A stretch of 64,000 nt of DNA from Octopus sinensis (lineage: Eukaryota), in assembly GCF_006345805.1 (NCBI RefSeq), contig NC_043020.1:27156001-27220000 (forward strand), given 5' to 3'. Both the position numbers and the translations under genes were made by a program. The notes beneath the pieces were generated by a model, which saw only the letters and a list, made by a program, of their open reading frames with translations, was not told the origin of the DNA and did no database searches. The first letter of the stretch is position 1, and every line of letters starts with the position of its first letter. Below are positions 62,733 through 64,000 of this stretch, piece by piece.

Positions 62733-63419
62733 TCAGATAAAAAAGCCGAAAGTATCCCAGTCAAACCCACCCATCCTCAATTTATAGACCTGCATGGCAA
62801 CGTTCCCTCCGCAGTAGTGCTTCGAATTTTCACTGCATGGTCTATTGCAGGCCAGGTCATTTCTTTGATGTCTCTTGTAGTTTGGTCGAAGGGTGGCACT
62901 ACAGTAGCAGACATTACCTTTGATCACACCAGCATAAGGTTTCCTCCGAACAGCACAGAGGTAACAGCAGCGGGAAATGCTCATTTTTTCTGCTTTATTC
63001 TGTGGTAATTTTCGCCTGGCATAACTCTGCATGATGTTCTTCCTGTCGGATCTCTGTTGTGTGTTGAAAGGATAGCAACCCAGATATGCTGCCAGTGGCG
63101 TCTCCCGATTAAGCGAATAGATAAGGGCATGCAGCTGCAAGTATTGCGGCCCCCCACAGGTTTTAGCCTGGTTGGTACATGGTATGTTGCAATTATTTGA
63201 ACTTGCGCCGTGTGATGAAAGATCTGTTTCAAGCAGCTTGTCGGCACACCAGCACTGTGTCCCCAAATACAAACCAGCGAATCTTCTAAACCAGCTGTGG
63301 CAAGAATATACACACCGTTGGATGGTCATGAAATTCATGTCTATGTATAATTCGGCAAATTTATTCAGGCTGTTAGTGGTCTGGTTGAAGCATCCAACGT
63401 AGACATTACCTTCCACAGA
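62733..63419 (-). CDS. Tandem WSC-domain protein, terminal coding exon (upstream exons not found in the window)
   Basis: Acceptor tttatttacAG at 63420-63421, then a 228-aa phase-0 frame ending in TGA. It contains two WSC-type Cys patterns: YVGCF...MTIQRCVYSC...FAGLYLGTQCWC...CNIPC...TCGG and YLGCY...MSISRCCYLC...YAGVIKGNVCYC...CNRPC...YCGG..AMQVY. AATAAA lies ~30 nt after the stop (62698-62703 on the minus strand). Confidence 0.82.
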   Translation of the reverse strand, partial: SVEGNVYVGCFNQTTNSLNKFAELYIDMNFMTIQRCVYSCHSWFRRFAGLYLGTQCWCADKLLETDLSSHGASSNNCNIPCTNQAKTCGGPQYLQLHALIYSLNRETPLAAYLGCYPFNTQQRSDRKNIMQSYARRKLPQNKAEKMSISRCCYLCAVRRKPYAGVIKGNVCYCSATLRPNYKRHQRNDLACNRPCSENSKHYCGGNVAMQVYKLRMGGFDWDTFGFFI

Positions 63420-63661
63420 CTGTAAATAAAGAGAAAAATAAATAAATAGAAATAACAAATACCATATATATATAGGAGAGTTTACGAAAAAAAGCAAAAG
63501 ACGAAGACAGGTGGTGTACAAAACAAACAGATGTATTAGTATAACGCTCAGGAATAGAAAAAGTCTTTTATGTTTCGAGCCTATGCTCTTCTACAGAAAG
63601 GGACATAGAAAAAAACAAGGATAGAAAAAAATGTGTGTAGTAGCTAACGATCTATCATGGC

Positions 63662-63698
<37 letters not shown>

Positions 63699-64000
63699 TA
63701 GGGACAGTTTACGAAAAAAACCCAAAAGATGAAGACAGGTGATGTACAAAACTAACAGATGTATGTGTGTACCGTTGGCGATTTTTTTTCCTCTGTCTTC
63801 CCTTCTCTGGATCTTTCCTTCTCCTATGTTTCCGACGAAGAGCTCCGCTCGAAATATTAAACCCTCCTTCTTTCCTTCTTTCCTGAGCGTCCAATAATAC
63901 TATATTTGTTCCATGTCCTCACGTTGTGTTTTTTTGTGTTTTCTTGTTTGGATTAACTATATATATATATATATAATATATATATATATATTATATATAT

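Overview
Eukaryotic, AT-rich, microsatellite- and SINE-dense genomic DNA. The repeat landscape suggests an octopus or other coleoid cephalopod (inference, not proven). Left to right: (1) the last seven coding exons of an RBM5/RBM10-family splicing regulator (+, 893-10090; C2H2 finger and G-patch); (2) a transposon-rich intergenic region with RTE, mariner and CRE-clade remnants, MITEs and SINEs, which holds a single selenocysteine tRNA gene (+, 22133-22219) with an upstream TATA box and an octamer motif; (3) a 100-N assembly gap; (4) a complete 24-exon SNAPC4/SNAP190 gene (+, 24621-60791, about 1200 aa, 4.5 Myb repeats). All SNAPC4 exon phases were checked by hand. Its introns carry an antisense R4/Dong-type retrotransposon with an intact 567-codon ORF, fold-back hairpins, a 2.4-kb polypyrimidine tract and a (TTC)n tract; (5) the last exon of a convergent double-WSC-domain gene (-, 62733-63419). 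Most notable: a tRNA-Sec gene, a SNAPc-dependent type-3 Pol III gene in vertebrates, lies about 2.4 kb upstream of the gene for SNAPc's DNA-binding subunit (caveat: the gap lies between them). Also notable are a GG-ended MITE family with 8-bp TSDs carrying a telomere-like G-quadruplex motif, and two different intronic palindromes sharing a 17-nt core. Most long ORFs in the supplied track are artefacts of simple repeats.
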